DNA of 63,798 nt, filler included, from Octopus bimaculoides (GCF_001194135.2; 7 parts of 7 records of this genome joined end to end with filler, not necessarily neighbours in it), one strand, 5' to 3'; positions 21,064 through 33,022 are shown, counted from the whole stretch's first letter. A program made the numbers and translations. Notes: generated from the sequence alone by a model not told the origin.

Positions 21064-22923
21064 GGCACTATTAAAGCAGCACGGTCCCGAACGCGCAGTG
21101 GCGCGTCCGCGCTAGCTAGTCTTGAATGGTCGATCCTATCCCTAACCCTAACCCTATCCCTAACCCGCGTGTGCAAATGAATACGTGTTTAGGGTTAGGG
21201 TTAGGAAAACTGAATGAATTTAATAAAAGTAAATATGCAACATCATGAAAATTAAGGCCAATACAGCTTGGCACTAAGTGAGGTCGCAAATCATTATAAA
21301 GGGTGTTGCACACGATCACAATAAAGAGCCTGGTTTGGGAATCGAACCTCACGATTGTAAGTCCGACGCTCTCACTGTTGTGAAGATGATGATTGTTACT
21401 GATGGGATGGTTAAGACACACATCTACACATAGACGCACGTCGATAAACATAGATGAAGTCCCATTTTGGAAGTGTGTTAAAGTTTTTAGTAGACATATG
21501 ATGGAGAATTATTCAATATTGTGTTTGCTTGTATGAGAATCGCTTACCTTTAAAGGGAAAAAACAAGACCGACATATACAACAAGTATGTATAACATGAT
21601 GTTTCACTTGTTTTAGCCGTTCATTTTCTGTGAGCTGTAGAAATTGTTGCGCTCGCGCACCCTTTATTGCTGAGTAGGGTGGGGTGCGTGGATCAATTTT
21701 GAAATTTATCAGGGTGCATATGTTCCTTGTGCATTCCAAAACCCAGTTGTCGATTTTCACGTTCTGGGTTTCAAAAGATTCAGTACTATTTCCACTACTT
21801 TATTTTCATTGACATATTTGAATTACAAAAATTTTAAATTATAATTTTTTCCATAAGTTATCTATCGTAAATATTTTATACGACGGCCATGATGATGTCA
21901 CATTTTCTGTATGAGTGCGTACCTTAAAAGACATCCATCATCACCTTCACTTACTCTCTCTCACATACGTGCGGTCATAGACACACAAAATCCTAATTTT
22001 GCTCTGACATCATGGCTCTATGCAACTGTTGCAATATCACTCTTTATGAAGGAGTTCTCCGTTTCCACGATAAAAACGATACTGCCATTACATTTTTCAT
22101 GGAATACGATGTCCTATCTGGAAAGACTTCCTCCCGTCCCCTATCCCCTCCCCAATTTTTTCTTTTTTTTTTGCTCAAAACCCCCGTTTTCGGATACGGA
22201 ATTCCGGAAAATTACCAAAAATCGGCATTTTGAAATTTCGACGACGTCACCAATCAAGAAGGGAGTNNNNNNNNNNNNNNNNNNNNNNNNNNNNNNNNNN
22301 NNNNNNNNNNNNNNNNNNNNNNNNNNNNNNNNNNNNNNNNNNNNNNNNNNNNNNNNNNNNNNNNNNNNNNNNNNNNNNNNNNNNNNNNNNNNNNNNNNNN
22401 NNNNNNNNNNNNNNNNNNNNNNNNNNNNNNNNNNNNNNNNNNNNNNNNNNNNNNNNNNNNNNNNNNNNNNNNNNNNNNNNNNNNNNNNNNNNNNNNNNNN
22501 NNNNNNNNNNNNNNNNNNNNNNNNNNNNNNNNNNNNNNNNNNNNNNNNNNNNNNNNNNNNNNNNNNNNNNNNNNNNNNNNNNNNNNNNNNNNNNNNNNNN
22601 NNNNNNNNNNNNNNNNNNNNNNNNNNNNNNNNNNNNNNNNNNNNNNNNNNNNNNNNNNNNNNNNNNNNNNNNNNNNNNNNNNNNNNNNNNNNNNNNNNNN
22701 NNNNNNNNNNNNNNNNNNNNNNNNNNNNNNNNNNNNNNNAAAAATATATTTTCTGAAATTGCAAATTATTTAAAATATAAAAATATAATTTTCAACAGAG
22801 AGAATTTATCAAAATAGAAAACAAATGAAGTTTGAAGTTTTAAAATAATAGGATCGACCACTCACGACTAGATAACGCGGACGCGCGACTGCGCGTTCGG
22901 GACCACTCTGCTTTAGTAGTACC
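21064..22923. mobile_element. Non-autonomous TIR DNA element (about 1.86 kb) with 76-bp GC-rich TIRs and subterminal telomere-like repeats
   Basis: 21064-21139 vs reverse complement of 22848-22923: 66/76 identity by manual alignment. (CCCTAA)-like run at 21135-21166, (TTAGGG)3 at about 21188-21205. Confidence 0.75.
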
Positions 22924-22926
22924 CTT

Positions 22927-22965
<39 letters not shown>

Positions 22966-23159
22966 TAGCTCGCTCCGGCCAGTCATGGTATTAGCTGTCA
23001 GTAGCCAAAGAATCAACTCAAACCAGCAGTAACGTTCCTTGTCAGATTTTTCTACTTTCACTTCTTTGCGGATTTTACATACACACACGAAGCAGGTAAG
23101 AACAAATATGCAAGGTTTTTTTTCTTCAAGTTTAAAATGAAACGGTTCTGGTCCTTCGA

Positions 23160-23430
23160 AAATATCAACGCGGCAGAATAATCAAAACGGTTTGGCTTTT
23201 GGTGGACTGGAACGCTTGACGAAGAGAGCATTTATAGTCCCACCTTTAACCGAATGTGGCTAGGGCAACAGAAGGGATGCTGACACACTCATTCCTATCA
23301 TTAGACCGGGATCAATAATTTATATTGAGTGTTGGCGTGCGTATAGTAACTTGAGCAGTATGGGCTATACACACTATCAGGTTAACCACGCTGAACACTT
23401 TGTGGATCCCAATAACCCAGCTATTCACGG
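23160..23430 (+). mobile_element. Degenerate Merlin/ISXO2-like transposase fragment
   Basis: KYQRGRIIKTVW.. and, after a frameshift, ADTLIPIIRPGSIIYIECWRAYSNLSSMGYTHYQVNHAEHFVDP. Confidence 0.75.
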
Positions 23431-24630
23431 TTATATTTTTCGGTCCCCTTCCCACCTTTTGTTTCTGCAATTATTAGACTACGGCCATGCTAGAGCACCA
23501 CCTTGAATTTTTAGTCGAATGTATCGACGCCTGAATTTTTAAATATTTTTACTTGTTGCTGCAGTTATTAGACTGCGGCCATGCTGGGGCATTGCCTTGA
23601 AGAATTATTAGTCGCAGAAAGATCAGCATTTTAAAATTTTAAGTCTTTTGTTTTCGTCTCGGCATAGCTAGGTCGCCTTCGTCTCTCAGCACTTACTGAT
23701 TAATGAGAATGAGCTGACCTTTAGAACTTTCTCCGACCGTTGAAGGTCTAACAGAATTATGGCACTGAAGGCTAGTCGTTCAAAAGTACTTATCGTTTTT
23801 ATGTTTCTACACATTTCTTCAAGTNNNNNNNNNNNNNNNNNNNNNNNNNNNNNNNNNNNNNNNNNNNNNNNNNNNNNNNNNNNNNNNNNNNNNNNNNNNN
23901 NNNNNNNNNNNNNNNNNNNNNNNNNNNNNNNNNNNNNNNNNNNNNNNNNNNNNNNNNNNNNNNNNNNNNNNNNNNNNNNNNNNNNNNNNNNNNNNNNNNN
24001 NNNNNNNNNNNNNNNNNNNNNNNNNNNNNNNNNNNNNNNNNNNNNNNNNNNNNNNNNNNNNNNNNNNNNNNNNNNNNNNNNNNNNNNNNNNNNNNNNNNN
24101 NNNNNNNNNNNNNNNNNNNNNNNNNNNNNNNNNNNNNNNNNNNNNNNNNNNNNNNNNNNNNNNNNNNNNNNNNNNNNNNNNNNNNNNNNNNNNNNNNNNN
24201 NNNNNNNNNNNNNNNNNNNNNNNNNNNNNNNNNNNNNNNNNNNNNNNNNNNNNNNNNNNNNNNNNNNNNNNNNNNNNNNNNNNNNNNNNNNNNNNNNNNN
24301 NNNNNNNNNNNNNNNNNNNNNNNNNNNNNNNNNNNNNNNNNNNNNNNNNNNNNNNNNNNNNNNNNNNNNNNNNNNNNNNNNNNNNNNNNNNNNNNNNNNN
24401 NNNNNNNNNNNNNNNNNNNNNNNNNNNNNNNNNNNNNNNNNNNNNNNNNNNNNNNNNNNNNNNNNNNNNNNNNNNNNNNNNNNNNNNNNNNNNNNNNNNN
24501 NNNNNNNNNNNNNNNNNNNNNNNNNNNNNNNNNNNNNNNNNNNNNNNNNNNNNNNNNNNNNNNNNNNNNNNNNNNNNNNNNNNNNNNNNNNNNNNNNNNN
24601 NNNNNNNNNNNNNNNNNNNNNNNNNNNNNN

Positions 24631-25771
24631 GCCCAGTACCTCGATCACCTCCTCGGCCGTGATTAGCCCCTTACAGCACTCAGCTTCTCGTGCTGAGAGA
24701 CGCGGGCCGCCAGACAGGAAGTACCTAAGGGCATCGCCATGATCCAGCGCCCTGCCACTCCCGAACAACTCGGCAAAGTGCTTGTGAAGCGCCTCGCACA
24801 TCTCGTCCCGTCCATCGACCGAACACCCATTATCATCGACAAGAGACCTAATTGTGGCATCATTGCCACGCTGGGTTTCTACCGTATGGGCCAATCCGGC
24901 AACGTTCATTCCCTCACGACCCAATGCGCGTACTTTAGCCCGGACTCTGCACCCCTCGTGTTTGGCTTTGAGGTGACGGTCCAATGCCATTCTCGCTGCC
25001 AAAATGTGAGATGCAGAACCCAACTTCAACGCCTCCTCTAAGTCCTTAACTAGTTGTCCTTCTATTCTGGCCTTATCTAGTCTTAGCTGACGGCTAAACC
25101 TAATAGACTCAAAACGAATGGCTCTCTTGAGGGCGAACCACCATCGGTTGTTAACCACAGCTCCGGTTAACGGCCTCTGTACTACCCCCTTAATCCGGCT
25201 ACGGTATGCCTCACAAGTCAAAATGGACTTGTTCAGCTTCCAGTAGCCGGTTCCTCTCTTAACTGTACTATCTACATCCAGTGTACACTTGACCATTCTA
25301 TGGTCAGTGTAAGCTACTTAAACGAGCTGTGGACAGCTAAAACTAGACTTATCTCCAGTCCTTATCACTATTCTATCTAAGTAAGACTTGAACCTTCCGT
25401 CGCCGCTCATCCATGTCCACGCTGGGACGTTCAGATGGGTCAAGTCTGTAACGATCTGCCAGCTGAAAACGCTTAAGCAGATCTACGAGGTGTGAGTTTC
25501 CTTTCCTATGGATCGAGCCAACGCTATCGATGCGCGCATCAACTATAGCGTTATAATCTCCTAACACCATTAATGTCTTCGACGTCACGAGAAAGTTCAG
25601 TAGGCGCCGATAAAAATCAGTTTGAAATCCTCTAGCACAAGGTGCATAGATCCCGATCAACCTGAAGGCCTTACTACTGTATGTCACATCAAGGACGACC
25701 AGCCCACCTTCTGGTTCTACATAGACTGTACTTGTCTGCAGAGCCAAGCCTTTTCGACCCAGTACTACTAC
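24631..25771 (-). mobile_element. L1/Tx1-clade LINE ORF2 fragment (APE endonuclease and linker), frameshifted
   Basis: RLIGIYAP..LMVLGDYNAIVDARID..LADRYR (APE) and GTGYWKLNKSIL..WWFALKRAIR linker, typical of L1/Tx1. Confidence 0.85.
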
Positions 25772-25871
25772 NNNNNNNNNNNNNNNNNNNNNNNNNNNNN
25801 NNNNNNNNNNNNNNNTTAATTAATTAANNNNNNNNNNNNNNNNNNNNNNNNNNNNNNNNNNNNNNNNNNNN

Positions 25872-26440
25872 ATCTATTGATATACCTCAGGTTAGTTAAA
25901 GGTTTATGATATGGCCTATATGATTTATTATGCAGATCAAGTGTAACATCTAAGAAATTAGCTACAGATATATTATCCTCAAAAATAATATCCATTCCCA
26001 TTCTGCGAAAAAATCTAGCTAATCTATTTTTTATCCTTTGTACTTGTTTCGAACTATTTCTGAGAAATAGCAGACAATCATCCCTATATAGACCCCCTCT
26101 GATATCTGGGAATTGATCAGCTAACTCATAAAGTATAAAGGAACAAACCACATCAGTAACCTGAGCCGAATCTGAGCTACCCATACGTCAAACGCATCAG
26201 GTGTACCTTTTCTAATCCAAACCTTGTTATTAAATTTCATAAAGGATTTCCTGGCAGCTAGAACTACATTAATCTCTTCTCTAGAAAGCTCAGCTTTATT
26301 GTGCATAAGCCACAATGCTTTATTAAGAACAGAAGGATTAATTGAGGGATAGAAATTAGCTATATCAAATTGTATAAATTTGACATTATCTTTATCATTA
26401 ATAGAATTGAACCAATCTATTACTTGCTTCACACACATTT
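25872..26440 (-). mobile_element. Penelope-like element reverse transcriptase fragment (one frameshift near FDV/MGS)
   Basis: FIQFDIANFYPSI..FDV / MGSSDSAQVTDVV..GGLYRDDCL..ANFLDVTLDL..YRPYHKP..YIN, a PLE-type RT with YRDD. Confidence 0.85.
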
Positions 26441-26444
26441 ATAG

Positions 26445-26603
26445 AATGGGCTTTTTTCAGTTTCCATCTACCAAATCCACTTACAAGGGTTTGATCAGCC
26501 CAAAGCTATAGGAGAAGGCACTTGCCTAAGGTGCCCTGCAGTGGGACTGAACCATGAACAATGTGGTTATAGAGCAAGCTTCTTATTACATAGCCACACT
26601 AGC

Positions 26604-26651
<48 letters not shown>

Positions 26652-27700
26652 GCAATGTTGAAATCAAAACAAAACGTATACCATCTTATACTCCTTTCAT
26701 TAACATAAGGTGTTTATCAGTTACATAATGCAAATAATATAATCGAGGCTTATTGCCAAAACATCAGAGATGAGATATGACTGTATGTAATACTATTGGG
26801 CTGGCAGAAACGTTAGCACACCAGGTGAAATGCTTAGCAGTATTTTGTCTGTCTTTACATTCTGAGTTCAAATTCCATCAAGGTCATCCTTTCGGGGTCA
26901 GTAAATTAAGTACCAGTTGCCCCCTCCCCAAAAATTTCGGGCCTTGTGCCTCGAGTAGAAAAGAATTCATCATCACAAGAGTGGCTGGTGACTGTTACTA
27001 GCTATCTCTGTGTAACACTCAAATCCAGATTTTATAACAAAGAATACAATTACAATACATGAAGAGAAATACACATGGAATTCTAATATTGTCACACAAT
27101 TGAAGGTTCAACCCTTTAGCATTTAATCCAGCCGTATCCAGACCAAATATTGTACCTGTTTTATTTTAAAACTGACCAGATCCAACATCTCACACCTACC
27201 TTACAATGTCATTCTAAATGTATACAAACACACCATTGAAATCTTGAAGCTGCAAGATAATGTGTGATTAATTCAAAACAATGTGAATAAAGAAGCAGTA
27301 CATTTGACAGAAATTTGAATGCTAACAGATTAAACACTGGATGAGCATGGCTGTGTGGTAAGAAGTTTGCTTCTCAACCACATGGTTCAGGATTCAGTCA
27401 CACTGCATGGCACCTTGGGCAAGTGTCTTCTTCTATAGCTTCTGTGAATGGATTTGCTAGACAGAAACTGAAAGAAGCCCATTGTGTATGTGTCTTTGTA
27501 TCTGTGTTTGTCCTCAAACACCACTTGGCAACTGGTGTTGGTTTGTTTATGTCTTATGTCCCTTTAATGCAGCAGTTCAGCAAAGGAGATTGATAGAATA
27601 AGCAATAGGCTTTAAAAAGATATGTACTGAAGTCGATTTGTTAGACTAAAATTCTTCAAGGTGGTACTCCAGCATGGCTGCAGTCTGATGACTGCAAAGT
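26445..27700. mobile_element. Cluster of SINEs and a MITE: family A (26445-26597 minus, 27343-27697 plus), family D (26795-26960), piggyBac-type MITE (27110-27335)
   Basis: Matches to other copies in this window. Confidence 0.7.
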
Positions 27701-27771
27701 TAGATAAATGTGTGTGTGTATACTTTTGAACCTAGAATATGCACTAAGTAATTGCAATATACAGAACATAA

Positions 27772-27909
<138 letters not shown>

Positions 27910-27948
27910 TAAGTATGTCAATTACTAATTTATGGATTTGTGTTTATG

Positions 27949-27977
<29 letters not shown>

Positions 27978-27979
<2 letters not shown>

Positions 27980-28625
27980 CATCATCATCATCATCATTGT
28001 TTAACGTCCGCTTTCCATGCTAGCATGGGTTGGACAATTTGACTGAGTACTGGTAAACCGGATGGCTGCACCAGATTCCAATCTGATCTGGCAGTTTCTA
28101 CAGCTGGATGCCCTTCCTAACACCAACCACTCCGAGAATGTAGTGGGTGCTTTTATGTGCCACCGGCACAAGGGCCATTCACGCGGTACTGGCAACGGCC
28201 ACACTCAAAATGGTGTCTTTTACATGCCACCTGCACAGGAGCCAGTCCAGTGGCACTGGCAACGACCTCACTCGAATGATTTTCTAATGTGCCAGTAAGG
28301 CGACGCTGGTAACGATCACGCTCAAATGGTGCTGTTTACATGCCACTAGCACGGAAGACAGACAAGTGCTCTGGCAAAGTGACCTGGCTACACTTCTGGC
28401 AGAGGCCACAGATTATGCTCTCACTTGCCTTGCCGGGTCTTCTCATGTACTGCATATTTCCAAAGGTCCCAGTCACTAGTCATTGCTTAGGTGAGGCCTA
28501 AAGTTCGAAGGTCATGCTTCACCACCTCATCCCAGGTCTTCCTGGGTCTACCTCTTCCACAGGTTCCCTCAACCGCTAGGGTGTGGCACTTTTTCACACA
28601 GCTATCCTCATCCGTTCTTGTCACA
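27978..28625 (-). mobile_element. 5'-truncated RTE-clade LINE in a PLK1 intron: ORF C-terminus plus long 3' UTR with ~65-bp tandem units and (GAT)n tail
   Basis: Minus frame HVTRTDEDSCVKKCHTLAVEGTCGRGRPRKTWDEVVKHDLRTLGLT*AMTSDWDLWK.. (RTE GRGRPRKTW motif), contiguous with the dispersed 3' repeat. Confidence 0.85.
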
Positions 28626-28888
28626 TACAACTCCCCCTTAACAAATTTCATGCATGCATGGAAAAGTGGACATTAAAGAGTGATGGTGATAAAAATGGCT
28701 CTCCATTTAATCACAAGGATGGTACCTTGGCTATTACAAGCCACAGCAGAGACAACCTGTCTTGGGGAGCAATAACTTTGAATAAAAAAGGGTCTCTTTC
28801 ATTCTGGCGACATGATTAAATGCCCCCAGCTGTAAAATGGGTGGTTCTCAAACTTTCCTTTTGATAAAACCCTTTCTTCCACTTACAG

Positions 28889-29085
28889 GTACACATTACT
28901 GGTGGGTAAGCCTCCATTTGAGACTTCTTCTCTGAAGGATACTTACAGCAAGATCAAGAAGAATGATTATGATATCCCTGGTCATGTGAGTCCAAAAGCT
29001 CGTAACCTAATCCAGAAGCTACTCGAAGCTGAACCACATAATCGACCAAGCATGGATCAGATAATGGCATTTGAGTTCTTCAAGG
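28889..29085 (+). CDS. PLK1: PLK1 exon: kinase C-lobe, (V)YTLLVGKPPFETSSLKDTYSKIKKNDYDIPGHVSPKARNLIQKLLEAEPHNRPSMDQIMAFEFFK
   Basis: ttacAG acceptor, GTAAGT donor, phases consistent with flanking exons. YTLLVGKPPFET is a PLK1 signature. Confidence 0.97.
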
Positions 29086-29167
29086 GTAAGTATTGGTTCC
29101 ACCTGTTAAAGTTACCATGATCTGCAACTCTCAGATGTCATGACTTTAATTTGTAAGATTCTCTCTT

Positions 29168-29201
<34 letters not shown>

Positions 29202-29665
29202 TTTTCTCTCCTGATGTTCCACCCTTTATCATTTAAACAGGCCGCATCCGGCCCAAATAGTTTATCTGTTTTCTGTTCAAACTGGTCAGGTCTGGCCTTT
29301 CACACCTACCCCGCAATGTCTTTTTTTTTTTTATGTGAATAAATAAGTTTTACATCTGAGAGAATAATTTGAATGCTAAAAGGTTATGGTAGGTGATTAC
29401 AGGAAAGTTTACCGAGAAAATGTATCCATTATATCTCACCATTAATAGTTAAAACTATTTTATTGAAAAAAACTGAACTTACTGGACATGATGGTAGGCT
29501 TCTAACATGAGTAATGTTAACTATTGTCTAATTTTCAATACAGAGGTCATGTGTTCATGATTTGATCCCAGAGGAAAACAAGATGGCCCTCAATCCATTG
29601 GTTAATTGTATTACATTAGATAGATACCGGTGTGGTTATGCGGCAAGAAATTTGCCTCCCAATTA

Positions 29666-29840
29666 CATGTAGCAACCTCTGGGCTTCTTTTAGTTTCCAT
29701 CTACCAAATCCACTCACAAGGTTTTGATCAGCCTGAGACTATAGTAGAAGACACTTACCCATGGTTCTATGCAGTGGGACTGAACCTCGTGAGTGGATTT
29801 CATAGATGGAAACTGAAAGAAGCCCAGAGGCTGCTACATG
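29666..29840. repeat. Intronic fold-back derived from SINE A: 52-bp inverted arms 29666-29717 and 29789-29840
   Basis: 48/52 identity by manual alignment, 71-nt loop. Confidence 0.85.
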
Positions 29841-30661
29841 GGCACTTGAAAAGCCATAAATAGTTGTGAAATATTTTTTAAATTACACTACAATCCTTAA
29901 AAAAAAATTTTTTTAAATAGTTCATATAATTAATGTAATCCTATGTACTTGTAAAAAGGTGTCAAGCGGGAATACTTTTAATCATAAATTTGCCTTTTGA
30001 GTGAAAATTCGTGGTAACCTGTCACATGTGTGCAGTGACTTTGCCTCTCTTTGTTAAAGTTACTAAGTAATGAGGTTATGATAAAATAGCTTACTACATG
30101 GAGAAAAAAAACGCACGCACATAGACAGGTAGATATGTCTGTATTTTTCAGCTCTGGGGAGTATGGTTGGGGGGGGGGTACAGCTTCCCAAGGGAAGGAA
30201 CTGTTTCCGAGCCTAGCCATCACTGTTTGAAACTATCTGTGGCTATCTTGTAAGGGGCTTATGAATACATAAAACAAGGCAGAGGAAGCTTTATAAAGTT
30301 GGTGCAACAGCTTGCTCAGAACGAGGGGAAATAACTCTAGCAATCTGTATACCGCAATCCCTCGCCATATTGCGGTTCACCTATCGCGCGCTCAGTACAT
30401 CGCTGATTTTTCTGGTTAATATATGTAAATTTATATCGCGTGTTTCTGTGGCCTATAGGTATTTATATTTTTTAGATTTTAATTATTACTGTGGGAGGTT
30501 TTGGAACATAGCACCCGTGATAGTCGAGGGATTACTGTATTATTATTTTTTTGTACATGAAGCAATGCTTGTAAGTTGGGTTTCTGTTCATTTGCTTCCA
30601 TATATCTTTTGTATTTACATGTTTGCTAATTCTCTCGCCTTTTTTTCTTTTTTAACTCCAG

Positions 30662-30757
30662 AACCCATTCCAAAACGCCTGCCTACCAGTTGTCTTTCCA
30701 TCAAGCCTCGTCTTGATATCAATCGCATTACCAGGCCTGTCTATGAAAATCCTACAG
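30662..30757 (+). CDS. PLK1: PLK1 exon: post-kinase linker, (E)PIPKRLPTSCLSIKPRLDINRITRPVYENPT
   Basis: Long T-rich tract + CAG acceptor, GTAATT donor, 96 nt phase 1-1. IPKRLPTSCL resembles the conserved PLK1 IPxRLPxxCL segment. Confidence 0.93.
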
Positions 30758-31260
30758 GTAATTGACTTTTCTCTTTTTTATTTATTTATTTTTGCGTTGT
30801 TGGGGCTTGGTGTACATTACTCTTTATTTGTTTCTCTTCTGTTCAGTGACCAAGCTACATTATACTGTCCAAGATGACAAGACTCATGCACACATATATT
30901 TAGGTATTGAACTGCTGACTTTACAATAATGCATTGTATCCTTCAGCAAGTATCACTAATCTACATGTTAGACGCTACTGAGAAGTGACTCAACACTGTC
31001 AATCAGCCTTGTTGTTGGAGACAGTGCTTAGATAGAAGCATAGCTGTTAAAATCACAATCTAACAAATATAGTCCTTAAATGTGTGTGTGTCTATTGTAA
31101 TCCCAGCTGCCTAGAAGTCCATCTATTTTATCATGGTGCCCTTTTACTTCAAATTCATTCTTGCATGTGTCCAGTCATTATGCCTTCTTCTGTGAATATC
31201 AACCTTGTTTATCTCTACGGTCCTGTCTGCTAAAGTTTAATTTCTACAATTCTTTTTCAG

Positions 31261-31362
31261 AAACTGGAGTACGCAGTGGTGGTGTTGTTACTGGTGGGGG
31301 TTCAAATGAGAAAGAAAATGTTGGGATCAAAAATGAGCAGCCTCAAGTGCGACAGAATCAGG
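31261..31362 (+). CDS. PLK1: PLK1 exon (probable): Gly-rich linker, (E)TGVRSGGVVTGGGSNEKENVGIKNEQPQVRQNQ
   Basis: tctttttcAG acceptor, GTTAGT donor, 102 nt open phase 1-1 exon between two supported exons. Sequence is not conserved, so support comes from splice signals and frame. Confidence 0.75.
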
Positions 31363-31409
31363 GTTAGTTGGATCACTTTGCTATTTATCTTATTTCTCTT
31401 TCAATTTTG

Positions 31410-31885
31410 TGTTTGTGTGGTTAAGAAGTTTGCTTCCCAACCATGTAGTCTTGGGTTCATTCCCATTGCGTAGCAAGTCTTCTTGGACAAGTCTTCAACT
31501 GTAGTCCCAGTTCAATCAAAACCTTGTAAATGGATTTGATTGGCAGAAAGTGGAAAAAGCCAATCATGTGAAGGTGCATGGCTCAGTGGTTAGAGCATCT
31601 GGCTCATAATCATGAGGTAGTGAGTTCAATTCCCAAACAGAGCTGTGTATTGTGTTCTTGAGCTAGACACTTTATTTCACATTACTCCAGTTCGTTCAGC
31701 TGTAGAAATAAGTTACGACATCACTGGGGCCAAGCTGGGATAACATTGGTGGTATGGTGAGAGGAAGCTGGTATGCATGGGCAACTGCTGGTCTTCCATA
31801 AACAACCTTGCCCGGACTTGTGCCTCAGAGAGTAACTTTCTAGGTGCAATCCCATGGGCATTCATGACCGAAGGGAGTTTTTACT
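31410..31885 (+). mobile_element. Intronic SINE A 5' half (31410-31560) followed by SINE C (31572-31885)
   Basis: Matches to other copies. Confidence 0.75.
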
Positions 31886-32039
31886 TCCCCTCCGCCCCAC
31901 CCCCCTTTTTTTATGTGATGGTTGTAAAACATGTGTCATTATCATACAAGCAATCTAATTCATATCCAGTCTTCCATGAGAAAAGTGTCTGGCCATGGGC
32001 AAATATTTGTCAGTGGCAGTGGCTTTATCTCATATCCAA

Positions 32040-32450
32040 GAATTTGATTTCTTCTTTGCTGATCACTTCCTTTTTGGTGATAGTGTTGATGACTATGTTG
32101 ACCAATTCTTGTATGGAAGAGTCAGTGGCATTGACTGCATGGAGGACTAGGTTGCTTTTTGTCGGGCCTTTCTCTTCTGTCATTTGATCTCTTCCTTTTA
32201 TCTTCTGGTGGCTTCAAAGTTTTGGGGTCTGGTGATGGAACACCACCTATTGGTACGGTCTCAGGTTTGTGTTTCAAATTATTTAGGCTCAAGTCCAGTG
32301 GTGTTCAGTGAGGTTTTGAATTGATCCTTGTATCTTTGAATGGGGCAACCCTGTGGTGTTATCCCTGAAGTGAGCTTGCTGAATAAGACTTGGCATGGGA
32401 ACCATGATTCTTTCGTTCTTGCTACATGTCCTGCACAAATATTACATAGT
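32040..32450 (-). mobile_element. Old RTE-type LINE 3' ORF fragment in a PLK1 intron
   Basis: Minus frames give AGHVARTKESWFPCQVLFSKL..QRYKDQFKTSL and CSQCH*LFHTRIGQHSHQ, an RTE/BovB-like C-terminus with stops. Confidence 0.65.
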
Positions 32451-32587
32451 TTGGAAACAAGTGAAGGTTAGCAAATAATTCTGTCTCACCCATGCAAGCA
32501 TGGGAAAGTGGATGATGATTTCTAGCAATGTTATTAATCAACATACAACTAATCTCGCATTTCTTTATATATTTCTGTCTTTTTCAG

Positions 32588-32677
32588 ATGAAAGTTCTGG
32601 TGTGCACTTGAATTTGTTGTCCAAAATGCTTGGAGTTGTGATAAACCTAAAGAACAATGATAGAGAGTTTTTGGAAG
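32588..32677 (+). CDS. PLK1: PLK1 exon: linker/polo-cap region, (D)ESSGVHLNLLSKMLGVVINLKNNDREFLE
   Basis: ttttcAG acceptor, GTGCGT donor, 90 nt phase 1-1. HLxxLxxxL pattern precedes the EDPAA motif in the next exon, as in PLK1. Confidence 0.85.
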
Positions 32678-32868
32678 GTGCGTATATCAAAGCAGGTTGA
32701 ACTAAGTACAATGTAATGAAGTCCAAAGGAATAAGTTTGTGTTACTTGTGACTTTGGTTTCTAAGACAGAATTGTCATTTGCTATCTTTTATTCCTGTCA
32801 AGTGAAATAAATTGTTTTAAGAAGTAGCATTTATTACTAATGAATTTTTTATGATATTTGTTTTTCAG

Positions 32869-33022
32869 AGGAGTTTGAAGACCCTGCGGCCATTCCACTG
32901 TATTGGATAAGTAAGTGGGTAGACTACAGTGATAAATACGGCATTGGTTACATGCTGTGTGACAACAGCTTTGGTGTGTTATTCAATGATTCCACACGTT
33001 TGATCATTATGGCAAATGAAGA
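32869..33022 (+). CDS. PLK1: PLK1 exon: polo box 1, (E)[50 protein letters not shown]
   Basis: tttttcAG acceptor, GTAAGT donor. [13 protein letters not shown] polo-box-1 signature, including the phosphopeptide-binding Trp (W414 equivalent). Confidence 0.97.

Noticed and set aside
22926-23100. Possible non-coding first exon ending in CAG|GTAAG at 23095, considered as the PLK1 5' end
   Set aside because: No start codon or kinase sequence, embedded among TEs and separated from PLK1 by an artificial join. Unsupported without RNA data.
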